Assembly (NCBI RefSeq): GCF_001194135.2
Contig: NC_069001.1
Coordinates: 3,369,966-3,433,965 of the forward strand
DNA: 64,000 nt
Source: Octopus bimaculoides
Taxonomy: Eukaryota
Direction: 5' to 3'
This document shows positions 60,501-64,000 of this stretch, one piece after another; position 1 is the stretch's first letter, and each line of letters starts with the position of its first letter. A model generated the notes under the pieces. That model was not told where the DNA came from and searched no databases. It was given only the letters and a program-made list of their open reading frames with translations. Both the position numbers and the translations under genes were made by a program.

Positions 60501-62583
60501 TATATATCATATAATCATGAGTGTATATAAGATATGAATATAACCAGTTTTATGGATGAAATAATGAGTATTCTATGGGCATAGACATGAACAAATAGTT
60601 AAGAAGTTCACCTTGCAATCATGAGACTCAGGGTTTGATTTCACAGGGTGGTACCTTTCACAAGTGTCTTTTACTTTAGTCTCATATCAACCTAAGCTCT
60701 GTGAATTAAATCAAGTAGAATGAAACTGTGTAGAAGCCCATCATATGGATTACGCTTGTAATCTGAAGCGCCGCTTTATAACACATGCCATCATGCTGAT
60801 TCTGTATGAAGGTTACATTAAGTATTTGTTGAATATTCAGCTGCTTTCTTACAATGCTTGTGGGATGAAGGAAGAAGGAATAACTGGCTCAAATACTTGC
60901 AGCAAAGTAGACTAAGCTAAAAACATCAAATAGCCAGAAGGCAGTGTTAAACCAGACGATAGACTAAGTTAACCAGCCAAGTTCTGTTGACCGAACAACC
61001 AAAACAAAACTGAATTTGATGAATATACAATAATAGTCATGTTCTATAATAATATAGATATAAGGCAAATGGTAAAGTAATGTTCCAAACCTAAGGCAAA
61101 TGGCATAGCAATGTTCCAGATACAGGGCAAATGGTAGAGTAATGTTCCAGATATAAGACAAATAGTATAGTATAGTAATGCTCCAGATATAAGGCAAATG
61201 GCATAGCAATATTCCAGATATAAGACAAATGGTATAGTAGTGCTCCAGATATAAGGCAAACAGTATAGTAATGTTCCAGATGTGAGGCAAATAGCAAAGT
61301 AACAATCCAGATATAAGGCAAATAGCAAAGTAATGTTCCAGATATAAGGCAAATTGGTAGAGCAATGTCCCAGATATAAAGCAAATGGCAGAATAATGTT
61401 CCAGATATAAGGCAAATGGCATACAATTTAAAGAAACCTCCTTTTCAAACAGAACTTGGTAGTCAATATGTAACATCCCTGTGTCATAAGTCCATAGAAG
61501 CAAACTTAAAAATAACTTTTAAAATAAATCAATAATGGAAGATACCTTATTAGGAGTATTACTTCACTGATTCTTTATTTTATTGACACTGGAAGGAAGG
61601 TGAAAGGCAAAGTTGACCACAGTTGAGTTTTGATAAACTAAATATTGTAAAATATTTTCTTCAATAGGTTAACAGTTTGGTTAATCTGCTACAGTGTATT
61701 TGAGCTGAATACAACACAAGCCTCAGTCATAGCTGCCAGGGATAGGGAACAGATTATCAGAAAATGTTAATATAACTAAAAACAGACTATTTTGTCATGA
61801 ATGACAGTCTCTTGGAGTAAAAAAAGAAAATGCCTCATTCGGATTTTATATCAATTCTTTTCTTGGGTCCATCAAAGGGATGTGTGTATGTTGAGGAATA
61901 TCTGTTTTACTAGTTCTTTAGTTTGTTTTAGCCATCACAACTAACACTATACTGGAACACTGTGTTTATAGAGGCTCGGATACCTCGGAAGGTACACAAA
62001 AAATAAGAAGTATACCTTAGTTCACTGGTAGTGAACAGCTGACTCTGTAATACATCTCCAGTGTTAGAAGCTGTGCAAAGGCAATAATAATAATAATAAT
62101 AATAATAAGGATTCTTGATAGAATCAGGTACTTGAAAGAATATACACCAAGTAGGGTTGGATAGCTTATATATATATATATATATTATATATANNNNNNN
62201 NNNNNNNNNNNNNNNNNNNNNNNNNNNNNNNNNNNNNNNNNNNNNNNNNNNNNNNNNNNNNNNNNNNNNNNNNNNNNNNNNNNNNNNNNNNNNNNNNNNN
62301 NNNNNNNNNNNNNATATATATCATGAACAAGATATAGTCTGTCAACCCATATTGGAGTGTATGATTGTATCAGAACTAACTCAGACTGTATTGACCCATT
62401 CAATCCTTGTCAGTATTGAAAGCTGATATAAGATGATGATGATGATAATGATGGTGGTAGCTGTAGTGATGATGGTAATTGTGTTTACAATGTATACATA
62501 CCTGAAATGCGGAACTATTATCACTATCGCAGATGAGAAACAATGGCTTTCTAGTGTAAGGATACAAATCACCTGGATGTAGA
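57397..62583 (-). CDS. SCAI: Protein SCAI (suppressor of cancer cell invasion), last five coding exons including stop; gene begins beyond right edge
   Basis: Spliced product LHPGDLYPYTRKPLFLICDSDNS-FPNLFGQPLVCLLSP-GNLFTLFLHCPLMAF-QFFGDDFLRLLLLRFVFC-PTSHPSLP...LDLANTLDVRGLF matches the recalled SCAI C-terminus (LHPGDLYPFTRKPLFIIVDSSNS, NLFGQPLVCLLSP, QFFGDEFLRLLL, ILELASILDVRNVF). Phases are consistent. Confidence 0.95.
58406..58506 (-). CDS. SCAI: SCAI exon (DHSFMQFFGDDFLRLLLLRFVFCYIVLILHRGFK)
   Basis: gtcttcag acceptor, AAG|GTAGAT donor, 101 nt, phase 1 to 0. Confidence 0.93.
59831..60004 (-). CDS. SCAI: SCAI exon (DQHLKGNLFTLFLHCPLMAF...FTRSRKL)
   Basis: ttttacag acceptor, TAG|GTAATC donor, 174 nt, phase 1 to 1. 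Confidence 0.93.
60354..60426 (-). CDS. SCAI: SCAI exon (CFPNLFGQPLVCLLSPEQLPSTMQ)
   Basis: ctttcag acceptor, CAAG|GTTAGT donor, 73 nt, phase 0 to 1. Confidence 0.93.
61057..61423. repeat. 31-bp minisatellite, about 12 copies, in SCAI intron
   Basis: Unit GATATAAGGCAAATGG(T/C)A(A/T)AG(T/C)AATGTTCCA repeated with substitutions and small indels. Confidence 0.9.
62502..62583 (-). CDS. SCAI: SCAI exon (LHPGDLYPYTRKPLFLICDSDNSSAFQ)
   Basis: atttcag acceptor, CAG|GTATGT donor, 82 nt, phase 2 to 0. Confidence 0.93.
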
Positions 62584-63248
62584 CTGAAATTAAAATAGTT
62601 CACCTAATTAGCAAAGGTTTGCATAGATTATTAACAAACATAATAAATATGATTAGAATGAGAAGGTCAAATCTGATACCGAGATAAGTTATACTGAAGA
62701 ATAAAAAGGGGAGAAAAAAATGGTGCCTAGTTAATTGTTTTTGGAATATTTTAATCAGAAAGCAGTCCAGACAGTATATAAAGCTCAGGCATAGACATGT
62801 GCTTAAAAAGTTCACTTCACAATCACATGGTTCTGGGTTCAAAACCCACTGAATATTACTGAGCACATTTATCATCTATTGTAGCTTTGGATATGATTGA
62901 CCAATACCTTGTAAGCAAAATTTAGTAGATAGGAACTGTGCAGAAAACTTGTATACATATGATATGATGATGGACTCTCCCATAAAAGATGACATCTGAG
63001 TATTCAGCTTTTGCCAAACAATCTGCATAAATGATTTGTTTATAGTGATCAAATGTATGTATTGTATATCAGCTCACCACTCTCTCCATCAAATCAATGT
63101 TGTCTGAACAGGTGGATGGTGTGCTACGCATCAGGTTTTGAAGTGATCGCAGAGCAACATGAGATGAAGTGTTTTGCTCAAGAACACAACATACCACCCA
63201 GTCTAGGATTTGAAATCACGATTGCTACATTGTGAGTGCAACACCTAA

Positions 63249-63318
<70 letters not shown>

Positions 63319-63869
63319 TATAATCAACCAGACTACCGGATGTTATACATTACTGGTCACAATGCACTTAGAATGTTTTTAGCTTTTGAATGATGCCATC
63401 CCGCTGGTTAGGTAACCAGGCCAACATTCCCCCTGATAGGAATTCTATTGTATTATAGGGTGACCTATTTACAGCTGAGTGAACTGGAGCAATGTGAAAT
63501 GAAGTGTCTTGCTTGAGAACACAATGTGTCACCCACACACCCACATGTGTGTATGTGTATATTTGACACAAAACCACTAGTTAAAAACTGGTGTTGTGTT
63601 AAAGGTAACTTCGTTAAAAAAAGATTGCTGAAACAAGTATCAGACAACAATGACTGGAATGGATATGATCAACTAAAAAAGAAAAAATTGTGAAAGGCAG
63701 TACTTCAGCTTGGCTGTAGTTCAATAACTGAAACCAGTACAAGAAACGATTTCCCTGTTGTGTTTTCATGTAGACATGACAATGATCTGTTTTTTTATTA
63801 GAACTGACAATTGGGCATATTCTGAAGAATTTCGTTTGATCTGTGGATATCTGAGAGTTTCAATTATCA

Positions 63870-63903
<34 letters not shown>

Positions 63904-64000
63904 TCAATGTAAATTCTGGGCCTCTGTCTTTTTTATTTATCCAATTGGTACATATAATGTCTAAAAAGGAAGGGAAGAGAGTTCCCATTGAAAAAAACAT

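Noticed and set aside
60964-61503. 179-aa and overlapping ORFs as a repeat protein
   Set aside because: They come from a 31-bp (non-triplet) minisatellite within a SCAI intron.

Overview
AT-rich eukaryotic genomic DNA with many microsatellites, N-gaps and SINE/LINE/MITE relics. The repeat families resemble those of a coleoid cephalopod (Octopus-like); this is inferred from recalled repeat motifs, not from a search. Two spliced genes lie on the minus strand. (1) The 5' part of centriolin (CNTRL/CEP110): I traced 18 coding exons by hand from the ATG at 23684 to 318. All have GT-AG boundaries and compatible phases, giving 2883 nt = 961 open codons that continue off the left edge. One 34-nt exon is tentative. 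The product is an N-terminal LRR region followed by coiled coils. (2) The last five coding exons of SCAI (62583-57397, ending in the stop codon). A CpG-retaining segment at about 33.5-35.35 kb, carrying an RFX X-box, an ETS site and DRE motifs, is the likely CNTRL promoter. That would make 23.7-34 kb a TE-rich 5'UTR intron. The most unusual structures lie in that intron. One is a SINE-derived array of 17-bp hairpins separated by variable trinucleotide spacers and bracketed by an inverted repeat (24.4-25.4 kb). The other is a fold-back mariner made of two left ends (26.7-27.6 kb). I found no supportable gene between about 36 and 57 kb. Comparisons with human proteins are from memory and need BLAST confirmation.
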